Assembly: GCF_009914755.1 (NCBI RefSeq)
Contig: NC_060945.1
Direction: 5' to 3' (one strand)
Length of the DNA stretch: 64,000 bases
Origin: the human T2T-CHM13v2.0 reference genome, Homo sapiens
The notes beneath the pieces are model-generated. The model worked only from the letters and a program-made list of their open reading frames with translations, made no database searches and was not told where the DNA came from. Shown in pieces: positions 41,026 through 54,146 of the stretch. Both the position numbers and the translations under genes were made by a program. Position 1 is the first letter of the stretch. The number at the start of each line of letters is the position of its first letter.

Positions 41026-43179
41026 AAGGATATAATTATAAGAAATATTGCTGGGAGCAAAACAGACTCATCAGACTCATTGCTACACTAAGTCAATGAT
41101 CTGAGTTTCAGAATAAAAAGAGAATTTTAAATTTAGCACCCAGAGTAATTTGAAAAAGTATGAAGAAGACATATTTTAAATAGGTGATTGTAGATTGATG
41201 GGATTTTCTTGATTTATTTCTGTACTTGAGCTTTTTCTCTGCAGTAAAGTTTATAAAAGATAAACAGTACCCCTGTATTCTATGAAGAAACAGATAATAC
41301 CCCCACTTGAGGTTGTTTTTGAAAATTATTAATTGAAATTTAAAGTGAGAAAAATATTAGGTTTCTGGGAATAATCCTACAACATTGAAATGAATACATA
41401 AAGAAATAAATTGGTTACCACAGCTCACCTCTTTATTTTGCACTTTTGTATAACATACATCAAAAACCATATTCCATTAGTTTCCCTAGACCATCCTATG
41501 ACTTCTACCTTTTCCTTACATTTCATATTTTCATATCAGATCTCATATTTCTCAACCCCCACTTCTATGTGTTTTGACCAATTTTTAAGCTGCATTTCTT
41601 TACAGAGTACTAGGCATCTCACTATTTTATTAATATTAGGCATATTAATAAAATGTCTATCATCAATATTATCAATTATTAATATTGTTAATATTAACTA
41701 TGTTAATACCAATATTCATTATGTGCAACTCTTAAACATGCTATATATGCATAAGTATTTGGATAGACAGATTCGATTGTAAAGGAAGAATGGACAGGAT
41801 AAAGCCATGTGTACAGAGTGCAATAGTGAGGTCCAGAAAAGCTGGATATTTGTCTAGGAGAGTTTCTAATGCATGACATATTCGGTTGGTTGGGATAATT
41901 TGGCAGTAATCCCTGTGCTTTTAAAGTAGTAACTACAAAATAGAAGTGTTGTACCTTTTGAATTTAGTATGTCACTTCTTTAAAAGTCTGTAAAAATTTT
42001 ACAAGAATTTCAATATAAGTTCTTTTCTGGAAATGTAAGTAACATTTAAAGAAATGTACAGACAAAATAATACACTAAGAATTTTACACACACAAAAAAA
42101 AGTTCTAAATGTTTAACTCTATCCAGTACCTATTATTGCAGTTTAACAAAAATTGATCACCCTTGAGGTTTGTGGTACTGTTACTCATCACAGAGGTTGA
42201 AAAACCTTAATTGCTAGCTTATTTGGTTCAAAAGAATAAAAAGAATCAGAAAGAAAATAAATATTTTTCAGAAATCCAAAAATAATTCTTTAGTGCAGAA
42301 TTATTAAATGTTAATTTATTGCCAAGTTCCTTGTATTTATTGAAATAGTTGTGCTACTTTGGGGAAAATAGCAAACATTGTTAAGTGATGTGTAGTGTTT
42401 GGTTGCCAGTTTCTACATTTTTAAACAAGGGACAAATGTATCTCTTGGGGTTAGCAGAAATTAAGCTGTTTACATATCTTCTCATTGCTCAGAAATTTTG
42501 AGCCACACATATGTATGGAAATTCAAATGTTTTTATATATAAGAGTTTTAACTCCTATAGTACCTTGTAACAAATATTAACTTCCATAGCAAAAAATATT
42601 TTGTTATATTTTGCAAACCACTTTTATTACTGGAAAAGCAAGATGAATTCAGAAATAGGTAGAAATATCATGTTCTGTTTTTTATTGCTTGTGACAATGC
42701 ACTATAAGTGATGAATAATTTTTGAGTGCTTGCTGTATTTCCACACCATTTTTGTCATCATAAAAGTGACTGATAATTAACATAGTTCTCTTCAAATGTG
42801 TTTTGATATAATTATGGAAATGTCTCTAAAAGACATAAAAGGATCTTGCATATTAAAAAGTCATTCACCAGGAAGTGATATTAGAGTTACAGGAATTGAC
42901 AGGAGGTGGAGCCGAATGATAGTGGCAATAATGAGCGAGTGCCTCATGGAAGCATCAGGGTTACAGTATTGAAGATTATGTAGAACTTTATTAGAGAGAC
43001 GAGGGTAAAAGTGGAGGGCACTTTGTATGAAGGCAAGCTCATGAATGAAAGAATGCAGTTTTCAATGATACAGCAGTGAGAAGGTAACCCTGAAGTATTT
43101 CTTGGTATGTTCCAGTAAAAATAAATAAATAAATAAATCAGATGAGTATTATGGAAACAGCTTATGTATGGCTTTGACA

Positions 43180-43470
43180 TCTAGATAGAATAGTTTTATG
43201 TTTGATGTTGTCTGAAATAGGGCACCATAATCGATTTTTAAGCAGAGTTACAATATAATGAAAGCAGCATTTAATATGGATTATTCCAGAAGTGACAGGC
43301 AATATATAGGTGACAGTTGGAGGGTGGAGAGAGAATCTGGAGGCAGCTCAAGCTTTGAAAGTCCACAGGAAACATTTCCAGGAATGCAGGTGTGAAGTGA
43401 ATGATAAGCTTTTAGCTTTTGGTGGTGGCAATTAGAACACTGAAAAGGAGAGGATACCTGAGGCATTTAA
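43180..43470 (-). mobile_element. L2 fragment
   Basis: GATTTTTAAGCAGAGTTACAATATAAT...CCAGGAATGCAGGTGTGAAGTGAATGA antisense L2 pattern. Confidence 0.6.
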
Positions 43471-45602
43471 TTTATAATAACACTGTATATCTATATTTTA
43501 ATCTTATAACTACCCTTATATGTTTGGTGTTACAGTTGTCAGTTTTGTTCCATGGGCAAAATAGGTTACCATTAATGCATTCCTTATCTTTCTGTTAAAG
43601 GCATTATTTAAAAATCCACATTGTCCTGCTTATGCAAAGATAGTACTACATAGTACTATCCACTATTATAATCCACTGAGAGCATGTACTTTGAATTATT
43701 TTCCAACAGTTGCAGAAAAATTTGCTGAAACAGACACATGCTCTCTCAGTCCATCCTCATTATAAACAATAGCTGGTACTTTTGAGATTCTTAGTAAGAA
43801 TTGGTGAACCATTTGATGGCTTGGGACTGAAAGCTCTGTATCCATCATATAGAAGAAGGCAGCTGATACATAATGGTTGCCATCTTCCAATAGTGTTATT
43901 AATGCCATCTACTAAGCAACTGAACCAATCTACTATGTATAGTATGGAAGGTAAGCTAGCTGCCAGAAGATGGCAGAAAGGTAAACTAACAGAATTTGTC
44001 TTTGAGTTCTGTGTTGATGAACACTTTTGAACTTCTCACTAATTCTGTAGATTGTCAGAATACGAGGTCCAAATTAAACTTATAGCAAATTTGATGAAGA
44101 CATAGAGTTGATTCTGATATGAATCTTACGAATGATAAAGGAGTACATTTTATATATTTAGAGTATTGATTCATACTAATTAATTGGAATGCCATTTAGG
44201 GGTCATTTATGATGTTATGGGGTTCAGCAATACAAGCATGAGAATTCCTTCTATTAAATAGAAAATTTATTTCCTGCTCTTTGGAAGGGTGAGGCCCATT
44301 TTGTAATTGGAGTGTGAATGTTGTAAACAATATTTGCTATTGTTTGATTGCTTTTAGAGCTGTATCAAAGAGCCTTAACCATTGTGTGTTATTTTTTGCT
44401 TTATAGCCTCTAACCTAAGCGTCAATATATATTGTTTTCACGTATTGTATTGATTGTATCAATGTCACGTAATTTTGTCAGCAACAGCCTAGTCAATTCC
44501 ATCTGTCCTGTTTTGATGACTGATTTCCTTATGTCAATAAATTGACAACTAAGTTATCCAAATGAGCAATCTAAAAAAGATTGCTTTTAATATGCTTTCT
44601 TCCCCTTGGACATTTAGACAACTTTATACCAAGTCTCTGTGCATCCATTATTAGTATATTCTGGCCAGCTAAGCCTCTCTGAAAAGCATGATTTTTACAT
44701 AATACATCTTTATTTGTTATATTGCTGTAATCAAATTATCTCTATGTTGTTGATCAGGGAGGAATTCTAGACATATAAGTAAAATATTGTGTGAATTTTA
44801 TTGAATGAAGCAATTAGGGCTCTTTGACCTTCTGGTTGCAACTTCTATTTTAGAAAGACATTAGAAACCCACATTTGAAAATGTCTAGGAATTTTCTCTT
44901 GGCAATATAGTGCTTTCATTTTTAAAGGCGGAGAAGAAAACTTCACTTTCTGGGTTGTACTTGTCTACAGAAAAATTGTACTGGAGCTTTAGTATGATCC
45001 TGACAAGTAGTTTAATCATCCCTGGCTGTAAAATACCTAACAAAGCTTGAGGGGGAAGATAAGACTTAAATTTTATAGAGAGTTCATTGTTTTGGGTACA
45101 ATTTGTCTATTATTTTCCTGCAGATATGATGATAATTATAACATAGTCATTAAAGCGGAGGTTACTTACCTAAAGAACAAAACAATACTTCTTTGTTAAT
45201 GATGAAGAGAAAGTTGTAAGTAATTTAGAGGTGAACATAAAGATGGAAGAAGTGAAGCTGTGCCGGGATCCTGGGGATGAGGGAGAAGACATCACAGGCT
45301 TCTGTAACACTCAAAATAACAAATGATGCATAAATAGTACAGCAATATTTAATAAGCATTTTGATATCTTTGATGACCACTTCAGAAAATGAACATTATT
45401 GAACAAAGTATAAAGCATATTTAAAATATTGAATCAAATGACAAGGACCAAGAATTGACAGTACCAGATTATACATACTAAAAAGAAAACAAAAAATTAA
45501 GTAATTATTTGAGAGAAAAAGTCTCAAAATGGATGTATCTTTAAAAAACTACACTGAATTAATAGAAGTTGGTATAGATTCAAACCAGGAACTGGAAATT
45601 CT

Positions 45603-45915
45603 TTTTAATTTATTTTTTTGTTTTATATTTTTTTGAGACAGAGTCCCACTCTGTCACTCAGGCTGGAGTACAGTGGCACAATCTCTGCTCATTGTGACCT
45701 TTGCCTCCTGGGTTCAAGCGATTCTCATGCCTCAGCCTCCTGAGTAACTGGGACTACAGGCGTACGCCACCACGCCCAGCTAATTTTTGTGTCTTTAGTA
45801 GAGAGAGGATTTCACCATGTTGCCCAGGCTAGTCTCGAACTCCTGGCCTCAAGTGGTCTGCCTGCCTCAGCCTCCTAAAGTGCTGGGATTACAGGCATGA
45901 GCCACTACACCTGGG
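45603..45915 (-). mobile_element. AluSz/Jb-like
   Basis: Full dimer. TSD GGAAATTCT at 45594-45602 and 45916-45924. Confidence 0.92.
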
Positions 45916-46713
45916 GGAAATTCTCACCCTAAACATGAGCACAAAGTTTATCTGATAATTGCTCATATAAATAATCTACTTCCATGCAAAAAGTTTAGAT
46001 CAGTGTGAGAAACTATATTTAAATTTCACAAGTTAGAAATTTTAAATACAATTTATTATATTTTAATTATAATGTACTTATTTATAATTTAATTTTCATT
46101 CAGAGAATATCATAAAAAAACTTGTATGTGTTTCTTAAGCTCAAAGGGCACAAAATCTTATTATTTTGTAATCAAAGAACAAAATAGGAAAAACAAAACA
46201 ATGTATATGAGTACAAGGCATTTTTCACCTTCAATTTAATGCTTATAATGTAGTCCAGGTCTTCAAAGTAGCCTAAGCACCATGGTGCAACCACTTAATA
46301 TATTTTGATTTATGTTTATTTGTTTCTACAAATCACACGATGTGTAGATGAGTATTCTCAGGACACTGTGTCAGTAGTAATTTGTATTGGAAAAATTATT
46401 TTGCTAGATTTATTAACATTTACTACATTTTTTTCAAGAAATTGTTCATTTTGTCATAAAAGAATTTTTCCATCAGTCTATAATATCAAGAAGAAAGAAT
46501 GCAAAAACAGAAATAAAAAGGTGCATGGTGAGTGAATGAACAAACTGTAGAGTGTAAGATTTTTAGGAAGAAATTAAGGAACTGATTCATAAATAAAAGA
46601 AAATGGTAATGAAAACAAAGTGAATTGATTGCAAACATGCTGTTGATATAACCATAGAATACTGGATATCCATGGGAGAGCTTATAAATGCTACTGGACA
46701 TTTGTACACAACT

Positions 46714-46754
46714 GTGTGTATATGTGTCTGTGTGTGTGTCTGTGTGTGTGTGTG
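46714..46754. repeat. Interrupted (TG)n microsatellite
   Basis: TGTGTGTATATGTGTCTGTGTGTGTGTCTGTGTG... Confidence 0.9.
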
Positions 46755-46993
46755 ATGAGGAGTGGGGGGAGAAAGGATGCATCATTGTATTTTTTATTCT
46801 AGGTTTGTTTTTTATTTGTATGTAGTTACCACAATGATATTCAAATTTTAGGGGAAAATGAGAATTTTTTTACTTCTGCAAATATATTTAATACAACCCA
46901 TCCAAATTTATTCTAAATACATTTTGATACAATTTGTCAACCTATAATTCTTCAAGAAGTGGAATCAGCAGTTGGTAATAATTGCACATCTGT

Positions 46994-47241
46994 GGTTAAT
47001 TAGCTCAGTTGGTTGAATCATGGAGCTAATGAGGCCAAAGCCTGGGTTTGATCTCTGCGTGGGCTGGTGAGTTTTGCTCTATTCCTGGGTCGTAGACTGC
47101 AGTTCAAACCCAGGCCAAGTATCTCATGGATGCATGCCACTGACCATAAGAAACTGGGCAAGAGAAAGTAACTTCAACAGGTCCGGAACACATCTTCAAA
47201 CTATATACAGCATCTGCTTGTTAATGTATGAAGAGAAGCAT
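46994..47241 (+). mobile_element. MamSINE1 (ancient tRNA-Ile-headed SINE), near full length
   Basis: Head GGTTAATTAGCTCAGTTGGTTGAATCATGGAGCTAATGAGGCCAA...GGGTTTGATCTC resembles tRNA-Ile(AAT) with A/B boxes. Body TTGCTCTATTCCTGGGTCGTAGACTGCA...ATGCATGCCACTGACCATAAG matches the recalled MamSINE1 consensus. Confidence 0.82.
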
Positions 47242-48740
47242 TAGTTATGAACTCAGTACTCTCACAAAAAGACACACAGGAAACTTTCTGTGGCCTCAAA
47301 TGAAACATTGAGGAATAAGTAATATTAGGAATTACCTAACGAGCACATGGGAAATAGCTAATTCATAACCACAAATAGAATCTATTTCAAATGGCAAGGG
47401 AAGCAAAATCCCTGTCATTCCCACACATTGATTTTTCCTTGGTAGATTGTAAAGGTCTTTAAGGTGTTGGATGAAGAGTTCTGAATCAGCTGTGAAATAA
47501 GACAAAAGAGGGAGGAGAGAAAGCAGATGGAAAGCCAAAATGTCACATTCGTTTTAGATAAAGACTAGAGGATGTAGTTTAGACCCACAGGTAAGTGGGC
47601 TCCTTAACACTAACCTCAGAATTAGAGACATTTCCCACCAACATAGAGTAAGAAAACACAGGTCTCCCCAGTGCGACCAGCCTCACTTTGTGGCCTGATA
47701 ACGCTTTTTGTAGGAAGGTCATCCCCAAGGAGAAAAAGGGAAGAGAAAGGGAGTGTTGTCATATATGGACAGATCGTTTTTCTTACAAACATATAAATCA
47801 GATTGGGCCACTGGTTAACACTGAGTGAGAGAAGGAGAGAGGCCTGGATTGTTCCATATGAAAAAAAAAATCAAGAGTGGAAAATAATTCCTGCCACCTC
47901 CATCTTCAACTATATATTTTATTTTTAAATTGGATAAATGGCCAGTGTAAGATGAAAACCAAGAAAAATGCCAGAAACTGAGACTTAGACTGTATGTCCA
48001 TTGTGGTAGATAGAAACTTGTGAACTTACTAAGAATCAATGTATCTCTGTTGCAGTGTGATGGTCTTTCCTCATGGTCTCCCAAATTTCTAAGGGTAGTT
48101 GGTTCCCAGTATGTCTGCCACATTGTGATCACAAATATCATGATCATGAAGAAATGCTTTGTTTGGAAATGCCTACAAATAATGATGGAAGGGCCCAATT
48201 GAAAGTAAATATTTTGCTGAAATTATCCATTTACCAATTCATTATCATTAACAATGAACTCAACATAACATTAGTCTAATGAGATAGCTCATTTTTTTTT
48301 TTAAAAGTTATGTTGTCGAATATATCCTTTAAACATTGTCAGATATATTCCCTTTAGGGATTCACAATGCACTTCGTCTCTTTAATGTTTGACTTTATCA
48401 CAATGTTTTTCATACTTTGGTAAGTAATCCCATCTAACTGCTGTTTGATAATTTAAGTTTGGGAAACACTAATCAAAACCATAATGTGAGCAAGTTCTTT
48501 GTAGTAATATTTTATGATGTTTAGTTTACTAATAATTATGAATAGATAATTTATCTTTCAATGATGTTTGCTTTTAAAAAAGCTATAAATTCATGGCATA
48601 GTAAGTTGAAATAACATTTTAGTTGTAGAAATGATAATTAACAGCTTTTTGTAGATGCTGTTTTGTATTTTTTTTACTCTGTTATGGTCTATAGAGAAAG
48701 ACTCTTGGAGTGCATTTGCATTGCTGCCATTGTGATTTTC

Positions 48741-49620
48741 TTTTTTTATTATTATGCTTTAAGGTCTAGGGTACATGTGCACAACGTGCAGGTTTGTTAC
48801 ATAGGCATACATGTGCCATGTTGGTTTGCTGCACCCATCAACTTGTCATTTACATTAGGTATTTCTCCTAATGCTATCCCTCCCCCAGCACCCCCTGCAA
48901 CAGGCCACAGTGTGTGATGTTGCCTGCCCCGTGTCCAAGTGTTCTCATTGTTCACTTCCCACCTATGAGTGAGAACATGCGGTGTTTGGTTTTCTGTCCT
49001 TGTGATAGTTTGCTGAGAATGATGGTTTCCAGCTTCATCTATGTCCTTGCAAAGGACATGAACTCATCCTTTTTTATGGCTGCATAGTATTCCATGGTGT
49101 ATATGTGCCACATTTTCTTTATCTGGTCTATCATTGATGAACATTGGGCTGGTTCCAAGACTTTGCTGTGAATAGTACCACAGTAAACCTACGTGTGCAT
49201 GTGTCTTTATAGTAGAATGATTTATAATCTTTTGGGTATATACTCAGTAATGGGATTGCTGGGTCAAATGGTATTTCTAGTTCTAGATCCTTGAGGAATC
49301 ACCACACTGTCTTCCACAATGGTTGAACTAGTTTACACTCCCACCAAGTGTAAAAGGGTTCATTTTTCTCCACATCCTCTCCATCATCTGTTGTTTCCTG
49401 ACTTTTTAATGATTGCCATTCTAAATGGCATGAGATGGTATCTTATTTTGGTTTTGATTTGCATTTCTCTGATGACCAGTGATGATGAGCATTTTTTCAT
49501 GTGTATTTTGGCTGCACAAATGTCTTTTTTTGAGAAGTGTGTGTTCATATCCTTTGGCTACTTTTTGATGGGGTTGTTTGTTTTTATCTTGTAAATTTCT
49601 TTAAGTTCTTAGTAGATTCT
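48741..49620 (-). mobile_element. L1PA6/7-like 3' end (5'-truncated)
   Basis: GGGTACATGTGCACAACGTGCAGGTTTGTTACATAGG...GGTTTGCTGCACCCATCAAC 3'UTR plus ORF2 C-terminus. Confidence 0.92.
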
Positions 49621-49963
49621 TTAAGAATCCTACATGTTATTTGTGGCTTACAAAAAACTTTAACCTTAGCTTATATAGAGATATTGATTGAGTTTAGATC
49701 TCAACCTCAAGATTCCATTGAAAGTGGTTATACAGACATCTAAGTTCATTTATTCCTCTTTAATAATACATACAGTCCTATTATTATTTATACAGTTAAT
49801 TTATCTTCGGGGAAGTCGTCAACAAAATGACATCACAAAAATTAATCAATTACATTCAAATGGAATAAAATGTAATCATGGAGATTCCAAATTATATTAA
49901 AAACATCTGTATACAAAATACTGTTTAAAATTAGGCCTTTTGTTGCAAAAAAAGAATTTTTAA

Positions 49964-50149
49964 TTTGTCGCCCAGGCTGGAGTGCAGTGGCAGGATCTTG
50001 ACTCACTGCAACCTCCACCTCCCTGGCTCAGGCAATCCTTCTAACCTAGGCCTCCTGAGTAGCTGGGACTACAGGTGTGTGTCACCATGCCCAACCAACA
50101 TTTTTGGATTTTTGGTAGAGACAGGGTTTTACCATGTTGCCCAGGCTGG
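49964..50149 (-). mobile_element. Internal AluJ fragment lacking tail and 5' end
   Basis: Runs from TGTCGCCCAGGCTGG (right arm) to TGTTGCCCAGGCTGG (left arm). Confidence 0.85.
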
Positions 50150-50926
50150 GAAAATAATTCCTTTTTTAAAAAAGCCATCTTTTGGTATGTTTGTTTATTA
50201 TGATTCTACTTAAATTCTCACTGAATTCTTTTCCAGAAGTTATTGCAAAACAGAACTCTGAACATTCTTCCTGTTCTTTTCTGCACAAGCAAACAGTCCA
50301 TCCAGATAATCCGGATTTCGCCAAACTCAAACTTTACTTTTACTTATTGTCAGTGAATTTTACTCCCCTCTTAAAAATCTAGTGATCTAAACCAGACTAA
50401 AAAAAAAGTGTTCTATAAAATTATACAGGGAAAATCATTTTATATTGTATGCCTCCTCTTATCTTCATCACCCTCATAGGGGCAGGCAGGCTGGAGCGAG
50501 AGAGAAATAGAGGAAGAGATAAAGGAAGAAAAATGCAATAGAATGTATGTTTTCCCTGAAAAGCACACTCAGTGAACAAAATTAGCCCTTGGGTTGCACG
50601 GACCCTGGGTTTTACATCATGGCTATTGTTTATTACTTGGAAGTAAGTATTATTTCAGTTTATTGATTTGTAAAAGAGAATAATAGCATCTACCCTGCTA
50701 AACTTTCAAAGATATTAACTGACATAATATATGTAGCATCATATAAATGTACAGTCATGTAATATGTGCATATAGATGTACAATAATGTACATGATATAA
50801 ATGTATAATGGTAGCATCATCGCCCTTTTTAAGAAATGATGCTGAGAAATTTTTCTAGATAGCTTTCTGTTTATAAATATTTTCAATGTAGGTATAAAGT
50901 CCTGAGGTGTAAAAAAATGACTGTGA

Positions 50927-51130
50927 TGGCTAATATTTAATTTTTAGTATGTGCTAGACATGTTCTGACTCTTTTAGATGAATATATTTTTATTTAATTA
51001 TTTCAATGACCCAATTAGGTAATTATTTCCTTTTATTCTTATTGCAAAGGAGAGGAAAGTGAACACACGTTGACTAAATGGCTTACCCCAGGTTACAATG
51101 CAAAAAGGGGTTCAGGTTATCTCGTCTACC
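50927..51130 (-). mobile_element. MIR
   Basis: ATGGCTAATATTTAA...TATGTGCTAGACATGTTCT...GAGGAAAGTGAACAC...TGGCTTACCCCAGGTTACA. Confidence 0.65.
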
Positions 51131-51294
51131 CTTAGTTTTGACAGGCAATCTCTTCTATAGAATCCTTTCACACAATGTTCCAGCCTCTTGTGAAATTTAT
51201 TCCGGTAAATGAGGCAGGGCATGCTAGTATGCTCATTTTTCTGTGCAGACTCCCTTCCACAGTAACTCCATAGATTTAAAACAAACTTTTGTCC

Positions 51295-53537
51295 TTTTTT
51301 TTTTTTCAACTTTTATTTTAGATCCAGGGGTAACATGTACAGGTTTGTTACCTGGCTGTATTGCATAATGCTGAGGTTTGGGGCCAAATGATCCCATCAC
51401 TCAGGTACTGAGCCTCGTACCCAATAGCTAGTTTTACAGCCATTGACCTCCTCCCTTCCTCCCACCTTTAGAGTCCCAAGTGTCTATCATTGCCATCTTT
51501 ATGTCCATGCGTACCGAATATTTAGCTCCCACTTATAAGTGAAAACATGTGATATTTGGTTTTCTATTTGGCAAAAAATTAACTTGGGACAGTGTCCTCC
51601 AGCTGCATCCATGTTGCTGCAAAGGATAGGATCTCATTGTTTTTTACGGCTGCATAGTAGTCCATGTACCACATTTTCTTTATGCAGTCCTCTGTTGTTG
51701 GGCCCGTAGGTAGATTCCATGTCTTTGCTATTGTGAATAGTGCTCTGATGAACATGCCAGTGCATGTGTCTTTTTCATAGAATGCTTTGTTTTCTTTTGG
51801 CTATATAGCCAGTAATGGGATCGCTGGGTAGAATGATAGTCCAGGTTCTTTGAGAAATTACCAGACTGCTTTCCACAGTGGCTGAACTCATTTACATTCC
51901 CATGACCAGTGTGTAAGTGTTCCCTTTTCCCGCAGTCTTAGCAGCATCTGTTGTTTCTTACTTTTAGACAATAGCCATTCTGACTGGCCTGAGACAGTAC
52001 CTCATTGTGGTTTTAATTTGCATTTCTGTGATGATTAGTGATGTGGAACATTTTTTCATATATTTCTTGGCCACTTGTATGTCTTTCAAGATGTGTCTGT
52101 TCATGTTTTTTGCCTACTTTTTAATAGCTTTTTTAATTATTCAATTGTATAAGTTCCATATAGATCCTGGATATCAGGCCTTTGTTTGATGCATAATTTG
52201 TAAATGTTTTCTCCCATTCTGTAGGTTGTCTGTTTCCTCTGTTGATAGTTTCTTTTGCTGTGCAGAAGCTCTTTAGGTCCCACTTTGTCAATTTTTGTTT
52301 ATGTTGTGATTGCTTCTGAGAACTTAGTCATAAATTTTTTTCCCAAGGCCAATGTCCAAATGGTGTCGCCTAGGTTTTCTTCTAGCATTCTTATAGTTTG
52401 AAGTCTTAACATTTACATTTTTATTTCATCTTGAGTTAAATTTTTGTATATGGTGAAAAGTAAAGGTCCAGTTTTATTCTGCTGCATATGGCTAGCCAGC
52501 ATCAAGAATAGGAAGTCCTTTCTCCCTTGCTTACTTTTCAAATCAATTTTGTTGAATATCAGATAGGCTGTAGGTGTGCCACTTTATTTTTGGGGTCTTG
52601 ATTCTGTTCCATTGATCTTTGTGTCTATTTTTCTACTAGGACCATGTTGTTTGGTTACTATAGCCTTATAGTATAAAGTCAGGTCATTGTGATGCCTCCA
52701 GATTTGTTCATTTTGCTTAGGATTGCTTTGCCTATTTAGGCTCTTTTATGGTTCCATGTGAATTTTAGAATAGTTTTTTCAAATCCTGTGAAAAATGACA
52801 TTGGTAGTTTAATAGGAATATCTCTGAATCTGTAGATTGCTTTGGGCAGTCTGGCCATTTTAACGATACTGATGCTTTCAATCCATGAGCCTGGAGTGTT
52901 TTTCCATTTCTTTGTCTTTTAGTAGTGTTTTGTAGTTCTCCTTGTAGAGATCTTTCACACTCTGGGTTAGATGTATTCGGAAATATTTTATTTTTTGTGT
53001 GACTATTGTAAATGGGATTGCATTTTTAATTTGGCTCTCAGCTTGAGCTTTATTGATGTATAGAAATTCTACTGGTTTTTATACATTTATTTTTTATCTT
53101 GAAACTCTATTTAAGTTATTTATCAGTTCCAGGAGTCTTTTGGTGGCCTCTATGGTTTTCTACTAGTTATAATGGAAATAACTATGATTATTAAAATAAT
53201 CACTACTATAATAATTATGATTCTAATAAAGAATCATATCATATATGAAGAGAGATAGCTTGACTTATTTTCCTATTTGGCTGCCTTTTATTTCTTTCTC
53301 TTGTTTGATTGCTTTGGCTAGCACTTCCAGTTGTATGTTGAATAGGAGTGGTGAGAGCGGGCATCATTGTTTTGTTCTACTTCTCAAAGGGAATGCTTCC
53401 AGTTTTTGCCCATTCAGTATGATGTTGGTTGTGAGTTTGTCATAGGTAGCTTCTATTATTTTGAGGTATGTTCTTTCAGTGTCTAGCTTCTTGAGGGTTT
53501 TTATCATGAAAGGATTTTGGATTTTATCAAAAGCTTT
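51295..53537 (-). mobile_element. L1PA15/16-like, 5'-truncated
   Basis: Poly-T, 3'UTR AATGATCCCATCACTCAGGTACTGAGC, and antisense ORF2 to ~53537. Confidence 0.92.
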
Positions 53538-53944
53538 GAAGAAGCATTTTGTTGAATTAAGTTGATACTTATTTTTTACTTATTACTAACAAGCATAAAT
53601 ACCTGAAACTGTAGAATAAAACACTTCTACAATATATCACTTCTATTGAAAAAAGGAATTTCAGTAATAATTTGGACAAATGATAGTGAAGGGAGTAGGA
53701 GGGGATATTTCTAAAAAAAATTCTGATACATCACAACAAGACTTTATAAGTGTAAAATTAGATGCTGCTTATTATGTACATGGAGAAAGGCATTTTGTAG
53801 TGTAGTCTGAGCAATAACCTTTTGAAATGAAACATATTAATCATGCTTGCTCAACATATGTAAGAAATCTTTGTAAACACATATGCACGTGTTATCATTT
53901 CAGAAGCTCAGGCTAAATAGTTAAATAGATCCATTCTCCACATC

Positions 53945-54146
53945 CTAGATAAATTTCTGGGTAAATAAACTATCATCTAGATTTATCTAGTTACATTTTT
54001 AGATAAATTTATCTGGATACATTTTTAGATAAATTTATCTAGATACATTTTTAGATAAATTTATCTGGATACATTTTTAGGTAAATTTATCTAGATACAT
54101 TTTTAGGTAAATTTATCTAGATAAGTTTCTGGATAAACTATCATCT
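53945..54146. repeat. 26-bp minisatellite (~5.5 copies) with a palindromic core, bracketed by a direct repeat
   Basis: Unit TTTTTAG(A/G)TAAATTTATCT(A/G)GATACA starts at 53996, 54022, 54048, 54074 and 54100. Flanks CTAGATAA.TTTCTGG...ATAAACTATCATCT at 53945-53978 and 54117-54146. Confidence 0.95.

Noticed and set aside
46994-47066. Functional tRNA-Ile(AAT) gene
   Set aside because: Acceptor and T stems are mismatched, the B-box is degenerate, and it continues into a SINE body.
53996-54123. CRISPR-like array of palindromic repeats
   Set aside because: Units are head-to-tail with no unique spacers, in a primate genome; it is a minisatellite.
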